Of a stretch of 64,000 nucleotides of DNA, positions 24,089 to 36,957 are shown one piece after another. The position numbers and the translations under genes are program-made. The notes beneath the pieces are model-generated. The model made no database searches. It had not been told where the DNA came from and saw nothing but the letters and a program-made list of their open reading frames with translations. Origin of the DNA: Ministeria vibrans ATCC 50519 (taxonomy: Eukaryota; Protista; Filasterea); contig CALSCP010000648.1 in the NCBI GenBank assembly GCA_943704425.1, positions 17,359 through 81,358 of the forward strand, given 5' to 3'. How positions within the stretch are numbered: the stretch's first letter is position 1; each line of letters begins with the position of its first letter.

Positions 24089-24143
24089 AGATGATTGAAC
24101 ATATTTTTTACGTTCGAAAAGCACTCTGTTACATTTTGTTTCA

Positions 24144-25946
24144 TTATTTCATTCCCAAATAGACAACTGCGTCGTCTCTTTGTCTGGTGGGGGTTTTGGT
24201 GGTGGTGGTGGTAGGCACGACGGCAGAGGGGCCTTGACGTGGCGCAGGCTGAGGGGTGGCAGTGGCACTGACGACTGTAGTCGGCGTGACGGCTCGACTG
24301 CTGGACTCGCTGCCAGAGGGCGAGGCGCCGGCTGCTGCGTGCTCTTCAAGATGAGGTGGAACAACACATAGAGCGTCGTCGCGACTGCTCAAGTGTCTTA
24401 GAAGTGGCGCAATGTGCTTGTTGTCGTCGTCGTCGTCGTCGTCATCGTCGTCGTCGTCGTGAAAGTCCTCCTCCTTGATGGTGGGTGCAAAGGTGGCTGA
24501 AGCGGACCGCACGCTTGTGCGCTGCGAGAGCAGTTGTGTCTGCATGGACGTTTGGGAGGGAAACCCCGCGGCGACCACGCCGTCTGCCGTTGTGGGTGTC
24601 ACTGTATCGTATACGGACATGATGGCATTTGCACTGGTGGGGCGTTCGAGGGTCGAGATGGGAGAACTCGATATCGACGAGGGTCCCGAAAAGGAAGACG
24701 TGGGGTGTAGGGAGGGACAAGAGACGCCGCTGTTCATCAAGGGAGCGTATTGGCCTTGGATTTTGCGGGGCGTGGGTGTGTCGTACGGATGATTGGGACC
24801 CGAGTGAGCGGGCGAGCGTGGTGGAGTCTGGGGCATGGTTCTCGAGGTAAGTGACGAGCGACGGTGCGGGTGGTCCAGTAAGCTTGTGCGCTCGTTCTGT
24901 TGGGCCGCGACAAAGGCGCGTTTGGGACGGGCGTCGAGGGCCTCCCGAGTCCTCGTTTGCGACAGCGAGAACGAGTCGCCATCTGTCACTTGGTCAACCT
25001 CTTTGCGGATCCAATGGGAAAGTGCAAGCTCAAGTACTCCGCTGATCACCGTTGCGGAGGCCATGCCGATCAGCGTGGTCGTCGGTACGCCGTTCGTGTT
25101 GCCTGGGAGAGTCCCGTTGACGTCCCAGTGCGCCCGAGACATGGTCCACATGACTTTGACTAGAGCGAATCCAAGCGAGAGCAGCGGTACCACGCCATAG
25201 GCAGCTCGGAAATACACTGCCGTGAAAATGTGTGCCACTGTGAGGCCGCGTAACCTAATATACATCATTTATTTTTACTGAACAGTGAGTGCAGAGCATA
25301 ATTTACATTATGCAGAGTATAACAATAATAACAATAACAGTAATGCTCAATGATGGAAGTATAGAGATCGCTTCTTACCGATGGTAGCGAGCCCTCATAG
25401 AGTACCGAATGAAGACAAGGGCAACAACAAGGCAGACGACGAAGCGCATCCACGACAACTGCAGTGGAATGTGGAATGATGAGAAAAAAAAAAAAAACGA
25501 ATCAACAGCGGTTTCCAAAAACGATCAAAAACACACAGGGACGTTTGAGGCAGCGCCAACCCGCCTCTAAACCACGCCCATGGTGGCGTAGGAGACAGCA
25601 GCGTGGCAAATAGGACGAGCATTCAGGCGGAAGTGAGTGAAAGGTAAAACACAATTACGGAGCAAAAAAAAAAAAAAAAAAAAAAAAAAACAAAACCACA
25701 GCAAATGAGAGTAAGCTTGACAGATGCCGCGTGCAGCAGGGCAAGTTGTGGTCCGGGGTGGAGTTGGGGGCGTACAAAGAGAAGGTCGGTGACGGTGGCG
25801 AAAAAGTCGTAGGAAGTCTTAAGCTGAGAGCGGAGGGTGGCGTCGCCGTCGTTGCCGCAGCAGAAGCCTGAGGCTATCCACACGCCCGTGACGCTAAGGA
25901 CGTCGAAGGTGGGGACCAGGAGGATCAATGATGAGTGGAATCTCAT
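24144..25946 (-). CDS. Four-TM membrane protein, MENTAL (STARD3NL)/ABCB9-TMD0-like N-terminal domain with long disordered tail (3 exons)
   Basis: Spliced N-terminus VPTFDVLSVTGVWI...SYDFFATVTDLLF|LSWMRF...GFALVKV follows the recalled MENTAL pattern (TFD..YxF..D..RF..VKV). Tail contains the ERTSLL dileucine motif. Confidence 0.6.
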
Positions 25947-26103
25947 CTTAAAAGTGATCAGATCACTCAGATGGTCTTCGGACTGAGTCACCCTATTTGA
26001 TCACTATTCAGTATTCACTTCAGGTCTTCAGTCATCAGTCTTTTTGTTAATCTATCGTGCCGAGTCACCGTAATCGCTTCTGTCCGTTGCTTCAGCTATC
26101 AGC

Positions 26104-26626
26104 ATGGTATGGACCGTGAAAACAAAGTGGATTTGGGGTTCATTGTGCACTCTGCTTTTCAGCCTCCCAAACAGACAGATCCCAGCAAGAAGAAGGTAGT
26201 TGTGCGCGTTGCACAGGTTCACATGTGTTCTCATGGCGTCATTGTAGAAGAGAAAAGCAGCCGAGGACGAGCGGGTCGCGGAGCAGACCGTGAAAAAGCC
26301 GACCAGCGCCACTGGGGCCGAGAAACCCGCCAAGAAGCAGAAGAGCGCCTCGGCTAAGAGTGCCCCTGGTGGTTTGCCTACAAAGGACGCTGCGGAAAAG
26401 GCAAGATCATCAAAAAAAGCAGAATACTAATAGACCTTTGTGAGTCGTTTTGTGTGACTGTCACTCTCACTCTCTCACCCACGCTCTCTCTCTCTCTTTC
26501 TTCCCTATCACTTTGTCTCTCTCTCTTTCTTCTCTCTCTCTCTATCAATTTGTCTCTCTCTTTCTTCTTCTTCTCTCTCTCTCTCTATCACTTTGTTTCT
26601 TTCTTCTCTCTATCACTTTGTTTCTT

Positions 26627-26719
<93 letters not shown>

Positions 26720-27123
26720 GTCGATCTTGACGCATTGTTTGCGGGAAAGAAAAAGAAAAAGAGTGCAGCCGAGTTGGCTGCGGAAGCACGAGAAGAAGAG
26801 AGCGCAACAGCGTCCGAGGCTCCGTCGTCAAAGAAGGATGAGGACGACGACGATTTCTTCGACAGTCGCGGACTCAAGAAGAGTAATCAACGAATTGCAA
26901 ACCAATCATACCTCTCTCTCTCTCTATCGCTTTGTTTCTTTTCTTCCTCTTCCCTCTCTTACACGTACTTTGTTTCGTCCTTTCTCTCTCATGGCTCACG
27001 TTATCTTCTGCAGAACGCAAGAAGGTGGATGGTCTCAATGTGTACACGTTTGATGAGCTCAAGGTGGGCAAAGGCGGAGGAGACACGCCCGATTGCCCCT
27101 TTGACTGTAAATGCTGCTACTGA
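26104..27123 (+). CDS. DUF1764-family Lys-rich protein (ATG-only first exon, GC-AG intron)
   Basis: VDLDALF, FFDSRG and the C-terminal DGLNVYTFDELKVGKGGGDTPDCPFDCKCCY signature. Confidence 0.88.
26630..26717. repeat. (CT)n microsatellite serving as the polypyrimidine tract of an intron
   Basis: The (CT)n run ends directly at the CAG acceptor at 26719. Confidence 0.9.
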
Positions 27124-27190
27124 TCCATTTTTGAATGCAATTGTACACGATACTTATAATTATAATTAATACTACATGAAAAATTCCGTG

Positions 27191-28077
27191 TCATGCACCG
27201 AAAAAGACGACCGAATGATCGCCAATGCGGAACTGTGCAGAATAGGGACTCTGGTGGGACGCCTCGTCGCGTCGCTCCACCGAAATTTGACCGTGTACAT
27301 CAAGACTGCGCCCCGTCGTCAGTCCACGCACCGTCACCAAATGGTCGGCCGAGTGGGCCAGGAGACACGCAAGGCGTTCACACTCGCTGTCGTCTGCGTC
27401 ACTGTGCGACAGCACCACCACCCGCCCCGTCGCAGCGAGTGCCGCCCGACACTCCTGCACAAACGCCATCAGCTGCTCTGGGGTCGCTCCTACACTTACG
27501 GCCGCACTCAAATCGTCCACAATCAGTAGAGTGGCGTTGTGCAGCGTCTCTTGCAGGTGCAGACGCGCAAACAGCTGCGCCGCGCTCGCCTCTCCTTCCT
27601 CCTCCTCGAGCAACGCTCCCATCCCATCCACATACTTAAAGTGGCCTGATCTGGTCACCGCGTCCACGCTCACCGTCAGCTTCTTCAAGGCGCCCTCGTA
27701 GTGGCCCAGTGCCTGCGCAAACGACAGCAGCACAACCCGTCTAACGAGCCACAGCCGCACAAAAAAAGACAAACGCTGGAGTGAGCGCTGATCGTAGGAG
27801 CGACTTGGACCCACACGAAGTAGGCCACACGTCACCAGAAACCCTCTACACAACTTACAGCCCTGTTCGAATCGCCCACGACGCGTAATGATGCAACACA
27901 AATTCGCCCGACGATTCAAGCTCATCCACCACCACCGTCAGCGTGTCCTAAGCGCCCTCACGTCACTTCCTCCCTCCCTCTCTCTCTCTCTCTCTATTTC
28001 TCGCCACTCCTCAAACAAACCTCAGGCGGTGGCACCTCCTGCGAGGCGCCCACAGCAACACACAGACTTGGAAACAT
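27191..28077 (-). CDS. ELP6: Elongator complex subunit 6
   Basis: Spliced: MFPSL...DTLTVVDELESSGEFVLHHY...RVVLLSFAQALGHY, LLIVDDLS, LAHSADHLVTVRGLTTGRSLDVHGQI, QFRIGDHSVVFF. Confidence 0.88.
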
Positions 28078-28217
28078 CACGAGATTAAAATAAAGTGATC
28101 GCAAATTATTATTAACAATAATAATTATTATTATTAATTATTCGAAATTAGAAGACGTATTTCGAATAAACTCCAACGAAAAGACATCAAAATATTGGAA
28201 ACAAGTCACAATTTGTT

Positions 28218-29384
28218 ATGCCATCGTCAAGCGTGGTCACGATCCTAGTGGTATGCCTTGTGGCACTACTGGTCGTTGTCCAAGTGACCGTTTTTGCGCC
28301 GGGTGACTATGGCGATCGGGCACCGTCGCGTGTTTCGCCCAGACACTTTCGCGGCGCTCCCCTGCAGTCGCCCGAGCCCGAAGTCGTTGACGAGGAGCCT
28401 CCTGTTGTATCTGTTGCGCGGAATGGCGACGGTGAAGACGAGCAAGGAAACGCAGACGTGTCAATGGACGTGTCGGACGGCAAAACCGAAGAAGACACTG
28501 AGGGCGGGAGATCGACGCCTCCTGCCGCCGATCCTACCCTCGACGTTGCATCCGACGCACCATTGGCCGACACTATCGCGAGCGGGGACGCGCAGGATGG
28601 CCGTGTGCCCGTGTCGGCCGTCTTGTTTCTCGCGCGCGCACTGGACAGTCTTCCTGTGACCCTGCGCACCTTCCACAGCGTTGTTCCCGTCGACGTGCCC
28701 CTCGCAGTGTATCGCCACGACGAGGCATCGCTTACGGGCGAGACGGCCGCGGAACTCAACACTATGCGGACGGCTGGTCGACAGGTCACCTTTCCCACTG
28801 TTGTGCCTGATGCGACCGCCATGACCAAGAACGAGGCCTTCCGACAGGCTCACTTGCGGCAGACGTCGTGGTGGGACGATCTGGAGGGGCGCACGGTGCT
28901 CATGTTTGAGCCGGGAGTGATCTTTTGTCGCGACAGCGAATTGGACTTGGCGAGTTATGTGGCGCGCTTTGACTTTGTGGGCGCTCCGTGGGACCGACGT
29001 GACTGCGGCGCTGGGAAACTACTGCCCAAGTGTGTTGGCAACCTGGGATTGGCCCTGGTCAATCGTGATATGGGCCGTAAAGTCGCCCAAACAAACGCAC
29101 AACGCAAATCTTTCGATTCGCTCTGGTTCTCATCGCAAGTCCAACGGCAAAACCCACAAGCGCGCATCGCATCAGTCGACGAAGCACGAACATTTTCAGT
29201 CGAAACGCTTTGGGGTACGCCCGACGGCGAGTCCGAGATGGACCGGGCGCCCTTTGGGGCCCGTCAGCCGTGGCTCTACCTGCCCCTTGGCAACCTCGAG
29301 CTACTCTACCGTGTCTGCCCCGACCTCACCCTTCTCAACCCTGTCAAGTTTCCTACAACCCCCTCTTCCCACACTGACTTGTAA
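28218..29384 (+). CDS. Type II membrane DUF5672-like (glycosyltransferase-like) protein, intronless
   Basis: N-terminal TM and acidic/Pro stem; VLMFEPGVIFC, FDFVGAPW, VGNLGLAL, ARTFSVET. Confidence 0.75.
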   Translation: MPSSSVVTILVVCLVALLVVVQVTVFAPGDYGDRAPSRVSPRHFRGAPLQSPEPEVVDEEPPVVSVARNGDGEDEQGNADVSMDVSDGKTEEDTEGGRSTPPAADPTLDVASDAPLADTIASGDAQDGRVPVSAVLFLARALDSLPVTLRTFHSVVPVDVPLAVYRHDEASLTGETAAELNTMRTAGRQVTFPTVVPDATAMTKNEAFRQAHLRQTSWWDDLEGRTVLMFEPGVIFCRDSELDLASYVARFDFVGAPWDRRDCGAGKLLPKCVGNLGLALVNRDMGRKVAQTNAQRKSFDSLWFSSQVQRQNPQARIASVDEARTFSVETLWGTPDGESEMDRAPFGARQPWLYLPLGNLELLYRVCPDLTLLNPVKFPTTPSSHTDL

Positions 29385-29893
29385 CAACAATGCTTCATGT
29401 TAAGCATAATAATAATAATTAATAATTAATAATAAGAATATAATTTTGTCGAGTGATGAAACAGTTCGAATAGTTTATTATGTCAGATTCGGAATAGGCA
29501 TGATTATAATTGTAAACTGTAAAGTGGAAGAAAAATCAAAGGGCATCAGGTTTTATTTGCCATAGACTTGCAGATCTCACTACCCGTCCATTATGTATCA
29601 ATGCTTAAACATATAAGTATATTGACGATCATGACAACAATAATTTATAAATAGGTTCGAGCAATGGATATATTTTAAGCATAAAGCATTTGCTGTTAAT
29701 AGCTGTACTCAATAGAGTCAATACTCATCTTCTAATAACGATTAACGAATAAGTGAGGGAAAGAGAGACGTCTTATGAATTGAAATTCAAATTCGAAACT
29801 AATAAGAATAAAACTATTAAATTTTTACTCCTTAATCTTTTATTCACTTTATTGGTTTGCCTGTTCGTCACCCTACCCCTATCAAGACGAATC

Positions 29894-30272
29894 ATGGCGT
29901 CGGCTCAGGGAAAGAAAATGTCACGCGAAGAGTTTCGCAAAGCGAAAGAACTCGAAGAAGCGCGAAAGGCGGGTACCGCCGCACCAGAGTAAGTGATTCG
30001 GGTGCACACACTCTCTGGTCGCCGGAAAGCGGTGCAAAAGCGACGCACTTCCGAACATCAAACAACTTTTTTTTTTTTTCTTGTTCATTTCTGCGTTTTG
30101 TCGACGATTACGTTTGAACCTCTGCTGACCCTTTTCGTTGCGATTAGAACCGATGCGGACGGCAAGATCATCAATCCTCACATTCCTGTCTGGATGGCCA
30201 AGGTATCCAATCAGCCGTTGGACGATTGAGCGTTGCACAGTCGCAAAACAGCGTCTGTCGATTTCCTTTCCC

Positions 30273-30304
<32 letters not shown>

Positions 30305-32345
30305 CACTCCCCTTTGCTCCCTCCCCCCCCCCTTGCCTCACCCATGCCATCCATTCGTGTCGTAGGCGCCCTGGTACGTCGACAAAGGGCAGCCGGGGCT
30401 GCAGCACCAGAACAACGATCCGACCAAACGTGACTTCCTCTCAACCACTGTCAACGACGGCTGGTACGCCCGTGGCTCCACTGCTGCCCAACAGACCGAA
30501 GCCCCTCGAAAGTTCAAGAAGGGCGCCTGTCAAAATTGCGGCTCGACCTCTCACAAAAAAGCGGTAAAAACAGTTCAGTGCACTCATGTTGTGACTCACA
30601 CACTCACATTCGCATGTAGGATTGTCTTGAGCGACCTCGCAAAATCGGCGCCAAGTTCTCCAACAAGTCTATTGCAGCAGCAGACGTACAACAGCCCGAC
30701 TTGAGTCTGGGTTTTGAAGGAAAACGTGACAGGTAGGGAAAAAAATATTATAAAATTTATGCGTCTTGTGCTTCATTTTTCCACTTTATTGCAGATGGAA
30801 CGGGTACGATGCGGAAGACTACCAACGAGTGGTGGAGGAGCACGAGCGAGTGGAATTGGCAAAGAGATTGTTGAAAGAGAAGCGATTGGAAGAGGAGGAG
30901 CAGGAGAGAGCGGAACGGGAAGAGGCAGAGGCAAAGGAGAAGGGGGAGGAGCAGACGTCGACGGTTGATGGGCCAGACGAAGAGGCGACAGTGAAGGAGA
31001 CGCGTGAGGGAGGAGGAGAGGAGAGCAGTGGCGACGAAGATGATGAGTTTAAGTATGGCGATGATATGGATATGCCTGGAAGCAAGTTTGACGACAAAAA
31101 GCGCATTACGGTGCGCAATCTGCGTATTCGCGAAGACATCCCAAAGTATCTGCTCAATCTGGACCCCAACAGTGCGCATTACGACCCCAAGACTCGATCG
31201 ATGCGCGGAAACCCATTTGCACACACGGGAAAGGACCCGCGTGAGCTGACGTATGCGGGAGACAACTTTGTGCGGATCAGCGGAGACACTCCGATGATGG
31301 CCAAGCAGCAGTTGTTTGCGTGGGACGCCAGTTCACAGTCCTCTGCGACAGGCGGTGGTGGTGCTGGGGGTGCAGGTGGGTTGCACATGCAAGCGGATCC
31401 GACGCTGGTTGAGCTGGCGCACAGGGAGTACCGTGAGCGCAAGGACAAGGCAGAGGGGGAGTCGCAAAAAACTATTGTCGAGCGGTATGGGGGGAAAGAG
31501 CACCTGGATGCTCCGCCAAAGGTATGAGGCCAAAAACTGTTCTTTTTTGTTGTTGTGAGGGAAACCTTCTTATTTTGTTTTTTTCTTCTCCATCTCTCTC
31601 TCTTTTGATCACGCCTTTTATTTTCTCTCAATATCTCTCGTATCACTTTATTTCCTTTTGTCTGACTCTGGTGTTATGTTTTTGGCTGTAGGAGCTTCTT
31701 TTGGCGCAATCGGAGCACTATGTGGAGTATTCGAGGACGGGAAAAGTGATTCGCGGCCAAGAGAGGGCAATTGCCAAGAGCAAATATGTGGAAGATGAGT
31801 ATGTGAACAACCACAAGAGTGTGTGGGGCTCCTTCTGGGAGGAAGGGCAGTGGGGCTACGGATGCTGCCACTCGACGGTGCGCAACAGTTACTGTGTGGG
31901 GGAGGCGGGGCGAAGTGCACGGGCGCAGGCGGAGCGGGTGATGATGAAGCAGCTGGCGGAGCGCAAGGCAGCAGCAGCAGCAGGTGGTGGTGGTGATGGT
32001 GTGAAGAGCATGGTAGAGTTGCATCGAGAGCGGAAGGAGAAGGAAGCAGGAGGGAAGAAGGAGAAGGGGAGTCGCAAGGGGAAGCGGGAGGAAGAGGAGC
32101 GAGAGGATCGGGAGAAGCGTAAGAAACTCGCCGATGCGATTGCGCGAGAGGAACGACGGTCGCGCGAGGCGGAACGCGTGCTGAAGATGGACGAGCGTAA
32201 GAGACCCTACAGTAAAATGGGGGCGAGTGAGCAGAGTCTCAAACCCACGGAGGAGGATATGGAGGCGTATCACTTGAAGAGACAGCGAACCGAAGATCCA
32301 ATGGCCAAATTTCTTGGCAAAAATGACGACGAAATGGACGAGTGA
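29894..32345 (+). CDS. SLU7: Pre-mRNA splicing factor SLU7 (multi-exon)
   Basis: [21 protein letters not shown], zinc knuckle GACQNCG..H..|[48 protein letters not shown]. Confidence 0.97.
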
Positions 32346-32625
32346 GGAACGATTGAGAGAGGAATCAGAGAGGGAAACATTATTACAGCACATTTGATTT
32401 TGTACACAACAACAACAACACCAACCATAATAATAATAATACAAAGTAAAATTATAATAATTAATATCCCTTTCAATTTGTTCATTATTGAATTTTATTA
32501 TTAATGAACCAATAATAATTATAATAATTATTTTTATAGTATTATTCAAAAGAAGTAAAATGTTTATTTTTTGGTTTGTTTACATCGTCTGACTCTCCTC
32601 TACCTCTCTCTCACACACTGTCTAT

Positions 32626-35505
32626 CTATTTGTACTGCTTTGCTCTCTTTACAATGGCCTCCCGAGTTGCTTTGGTCTTATCGTGCAACGAGCGCTTTCG
32701 CTTGTGACTGACCTTTTTTCCATGAATGACCATCATGGCATTTTTCATCTTGGTCTTCTGCGCATTGGTCTTGCTCGAGTTGACATTGTGTTTGCCCTTC
32801 TTCCCTCCGCGCTTCTCGCGCCCTTCGCGCCCTTCCTTGACACTCTCCATGCGCGTCTCGTAGTCGTGTGCTCGCTTGCGCTTCACGTGCGCCTCGATCG
32901 CACTCACCTTCACCCGTGTTCCTTGCAGAATCTCTTCGTCGTCGGAGTCATCATTGCCATCACTGTCATTCTCGCGCTGCTCTCGCTTGCGCTTTGCCTC
33001 GGGCGTCTCCGTCGTCTCCACTGTGATTGCGTCGCCGTGCTTTCGCTTGCGTCCTCTCCGCGCACTCTCGAGTCGTTCCTTGCGCAGTCGCTCAATCAGC
33101 TTGTAATCCGCTGGTGTCAACAGTCGCGTCTGCGACATCTCCGCTGCCTTTCGCTTCGCCTCGAGCGGATCCACCTCCGACGCCAGCACCACAGCCTCGC
33201 CGCTCTTCTTCTTACGCTCCTCCTCCGTCTCCTTCTCCTCATCGTCACTGCTGTGTCGCACATCAATCCATCCCTCACTTTCCTCCCCACTGTCACTAGC
33301 ATCCTCCCATCCTTCATCATCATCATCATCCGACTGGGCCCCAGCCGCTTCTTCTTCTTCTTCTTCTTCTTCTTCTCCTTCCTCCTCTCCCTCTTCGTCG
33401 TCATCATCGCTTCCACTCTCACTCGCACTCTCCCACTCATCACCACTCTCCTCCCCATCGTCACCATCATCATCATCATCATCGGTGCGCTTCCTCTTCT
33501 TCTGCGCCTTCTCTTTGCTCTCCTCCTCCTTGCGCACTCGCTCCTCCTCCGCCTTGAGTGCCACTGTGCGCTCCTTTGCAATCTGCGCCGCCGCCAACAG
33601 CTCAGCCCCCGACGCAAACTCAGAGGGAGCATTCGCACCGTAATCACGCGCAATCACCTTTCCCGCATAGTCAAAGTCGTCGTCCATCCCATCCGTACCC
33701 GCCATGCGGTACTTGCGCGGCAGCACACTTGGGTTGACCACCCGGAAGTGGCGGATGAGCGACCGCGCTGCCATTCCAATTCCTTTGTTGCGGTCTGTGC
33801 GGTACAGCGCCAGATCGCCCATGAGCGAGTCGGTCATGGCCAGCGGACAGCGCGCACACACCTCCCGCACCGCATTGAGTCCGACCGTGACCACTTCCGG
33901 CGCACTCTTGTCGTTGACAAAGTTGTTCACCAGTGTCATGATGACCGGCTCAAGCACATCGGGCGGGAGCAGCTCGTGCGTCGCCTGCGCCAGATACGCA
34001 ATGATGAGCGTCACATCCTTTTGGTGCGGCTGCAAATAGCGCTGAAGGAACGGGTAAAAGTTGAGCACAAACAACTGGTGCACGCCAATGACACGCGAGA
34101 TGACATTCATCATGATGAGACGCACTTCAAAGCGCTCCGTGCTGCTCTTGAGACGCTTGAAGACCTTCTCGGCAAACCCTTGAGGGTCATTGATGTGCGC
34201 GAGCGCCGAGAAGTGGTGCTGCGGCTTCTTCTTCTTGGCCGCCTGGCGCTTTTTCAGCTGGTCCAGCGCGCGCTCCATGCGGCGTTGGCGCTTCCGTGTC
34301 TTCTTGGTCACCTTGGCACTCCATGTCACGTCCTTCTTGCTCTGCGGCAGATTCGGATCGTCCATGTCGCTGTCGTCTTCCTCTTCACTCTCATTCCCGC
34401 CGTCTGCGTCGTGCCCCACAAAGAACTTGAGGGCCGCCACTGTGATTTTCGTCTCGAGCGAGAAACACGCACTGGCAATGACATTGACTGTGTTACTGTC
34501 GTCCCAAATGTGCAGACGGTACAGCTCAATCATCACATCCAGCGACTTTTTTGCTGCCACCGCATTCGCATCCGACAGCATTGTATACATGAAGTTTTGA
34601 AGTGCTCGGTTGACCTATCACCAATGAACAGTCAATAATTAAATATTTTTGGCTTTTTTTCCCCAGCTGACCTTTGTCTTTTTCGACTTGACGTTCATTG
34701 CGCGAATGTCACCGATGATTTGACGGTAGAGTGTTTCGCGCAGCAACTTGTCCTGACAGGCAAACAACTTGAAGTAGAGCTGGAGTACTTCGGCGGCGGG
34801 AATCATGTCCTGGCGGTAGAGGAGCGCGAGACAGCGCACCAGCGTGCGGCGCAGCTCAGCGTCAATGATCTTTGTGAGAACCCGATTTGTGAGTGAGTGA
34901 GTATGTTTTTCTCGAGGTTTGTTCTTTTTTTATCACCTGTGCGTGCTGTGCAAGAAGCTGGTGGATTTGACGGGGCACGGCGGCCGCGGCGGGGTCTGTA
35001 GAGGCGTAGAGGTGCGCTGAGTGCCCCAGGAACATTGCGAGTTCGCCCAGTTCGACGCTTGACGCCGACTGGGCGCTCGCCGCCGCGTTGTTGGTCGGTC
35101 CCGAGTCTGTGGCCGACGCAGCGGACGTGTCGAATATCCTTGCGGTCGCATGGAAGTGTCGCAGTGCCTGGAAGGAGAAACGTGAGTGGTCAAACATAAA
35201 AAGATCTCTTTGGCGTCGATGATTTTATTCCGTGGGCCGATGTGGAGCACAAGGCGAACAGAGTCAAGAGGGCAGGAAGGGCAAAAGGGAGTCTGGCGGT
35301 GGCGCAGGTGGGGCAAAGCGTGTTGGCGACGAAAATCAACCATGTCAAAATTTCCCACGTGTAGGACAAAGGAGACTCCCAAATGGCACCGCTGTGCGAC
35401 AGAGACGGATGGATCGTGGGGTGCGATGTCGTGTACCTGCGAAAATTCGTCGTGGTACGACTGGGGATCGCGACGGAGGAGAGTCTGAAGTTGAGGCAAA
35501 TCCAT
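32626..35505 (-). CDS. SDA1: SDA1/SDAD1 60S biogenesis factor (multi-exon)
   Basis: LPQLQTLLRRDPQSYHDEF, SLDVMIELYR..IWDD, INDPQGFAEK, FYPFLQRYLQPHQKDVT, VGLNAVREVCARCP; acidic tract; SKTNAQK. Confidence 0.96.
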
Positions 35506-36035
35506 GACAGAGGCAGAAGCTGTCGCGGACAACGGTCGATAGGGCTCAAGGGAGGGGGGTACTCAGGTATCAAGTACGAGAGAGAGAGAAAGATAATTGA
35601 TATTTGATTGGATAATGGATTACACTTTACAGATTACTCTTGGATATGAAATTTGACTTCCTGAGTGATCGAGTCACAGTTTGAATATTTTCAGTGCTAG
35701 TCTTTTGTTCCTTCCAGGGATATTGTGCATCTAGATTCTAGAGACTAGAACCTAATAAATAAATAAATCAACCTATCGCAATAATCGCATTAATTTTGAG
35801 TAATTTTGAGTAAACTTTTCGACTTCATTTATCTAATCGCATATTTATTCGCATGAGTGAATTTCGCATCACCTGTTAGGCCATCAGTCAACGTGTCTCC
35901 GCTCTCTCTCTCAATGCTCAAAATGTTTTGTGTTTCACACACACACTCACAGTTTTGTGATTCTTTTCCTAACTCGTGTGTCTTCTTCTTCTTATGTTAT
36001 TTTAGTCATTAGTGGTTTTGCAGTGTTTCGCGGAA

Positions 36036-36797
36036 ATGACTCTGCTTCGAACAGCACTGCTCCTGCTGACGCTTGGCGCTGCATGTCAGGCCGAATTTTA
36101 CATTGATCTCTACGTAAGACTGAAGCCGCAAAAAGAACCCTCTGTGCTCGGGTGTGGGGGGAAGGGGCTCAACGGCACTGCAGCCGATCAACACTCGCGC
36201 CATGGGACGTCATATGCTGTCGTTTGACAACACAAAAAGCACAAAATTCACACCAGAAAACAATCATAATAAAATGTGTTTTTGCAGAGCTTTGGCAATA
36301 CAACAGAATGCAGCACACGCCCGTCAGCGTACACCATCCCTGTAGCCTCGTGCGAGAACGTCCACATTGCCCAGACACGCATCATGTCGGTGCAGGGCAC
36401 CTGCTCGGCAGCGCACGGGTCGGTCGTGCTGACCGTCTGCTTGAAGGCCGACTGCCGCTCTTGCTTCCCCCCCACAAAGACCCACTCTTTCCACTGTGTG
36501 CCGCCCTTTACTGGCATTGATTACAGCCTTATGCTCGATTGCACCACGGTGGCTCCAGCAGCGCCGTCTGCCCAGCCGGTCACGCCACACTCCGATGGCT
36601 CCGGTGCGCTTCCGTCGTGGGCCATTGGCGTCATTGTCGTCTGCTGCATCATCATTGTGGGCCTGGTCTGCTTCTTCTCCATCATGCGATACCGTGCAAG
36701 CAAGCGCGCTGGCTTTGCCATTGACCTGACGCCCGTACACGAGCATGGGCAGGGTCGCTCGACAACGTCGTACCGTCTGCTCGACGACGAGAGATGA
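36036..36797 (+). CDS. Small type I membrane protein with Cys-rich ectodomain (2 exons)
   Basis: Signal peptide MTLLRTALLLLTLGAACQA; intron YIDLY|SFGN; ectodomain with 8 Cys; TM WAIGVIVVCCIIIVGLVCFFSIM; tail ending YRLLDDER. Confidence 0.72.
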
Positions 36798-36957
36798 CGA
36801 AAGTCGCAGGAGAGCCGAGAGGCGCCAGCAATTCGAGTAGTGTTCTGTGCTGTGTGCCATATAAAGGGAGTGTTTACTTTGATTATTATTGATAATTATG
36901 ATTGTTATGCCGGTCATGATTATTATGAATTCAGGGAGATGTACAAGAAGATGACTA

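Noticed and set aside
26450-27169. ORFs rich in SL, ER, HT or CV dipeptides (also 37173-37497, 39812-40299, 52495-52808, 56090-56434)
   Set aside because: Translations of dinucleotide microsatellites in introns or intergenic DNA.
32683-34638. Long antisense ORFs (651 aa here; also 16020-17264 and 54718-55653)
   Set aside because: Shadow ORFs opposite SDA1, UTP3 and RPSA, explained by GC-rich codon bias; no motifs.
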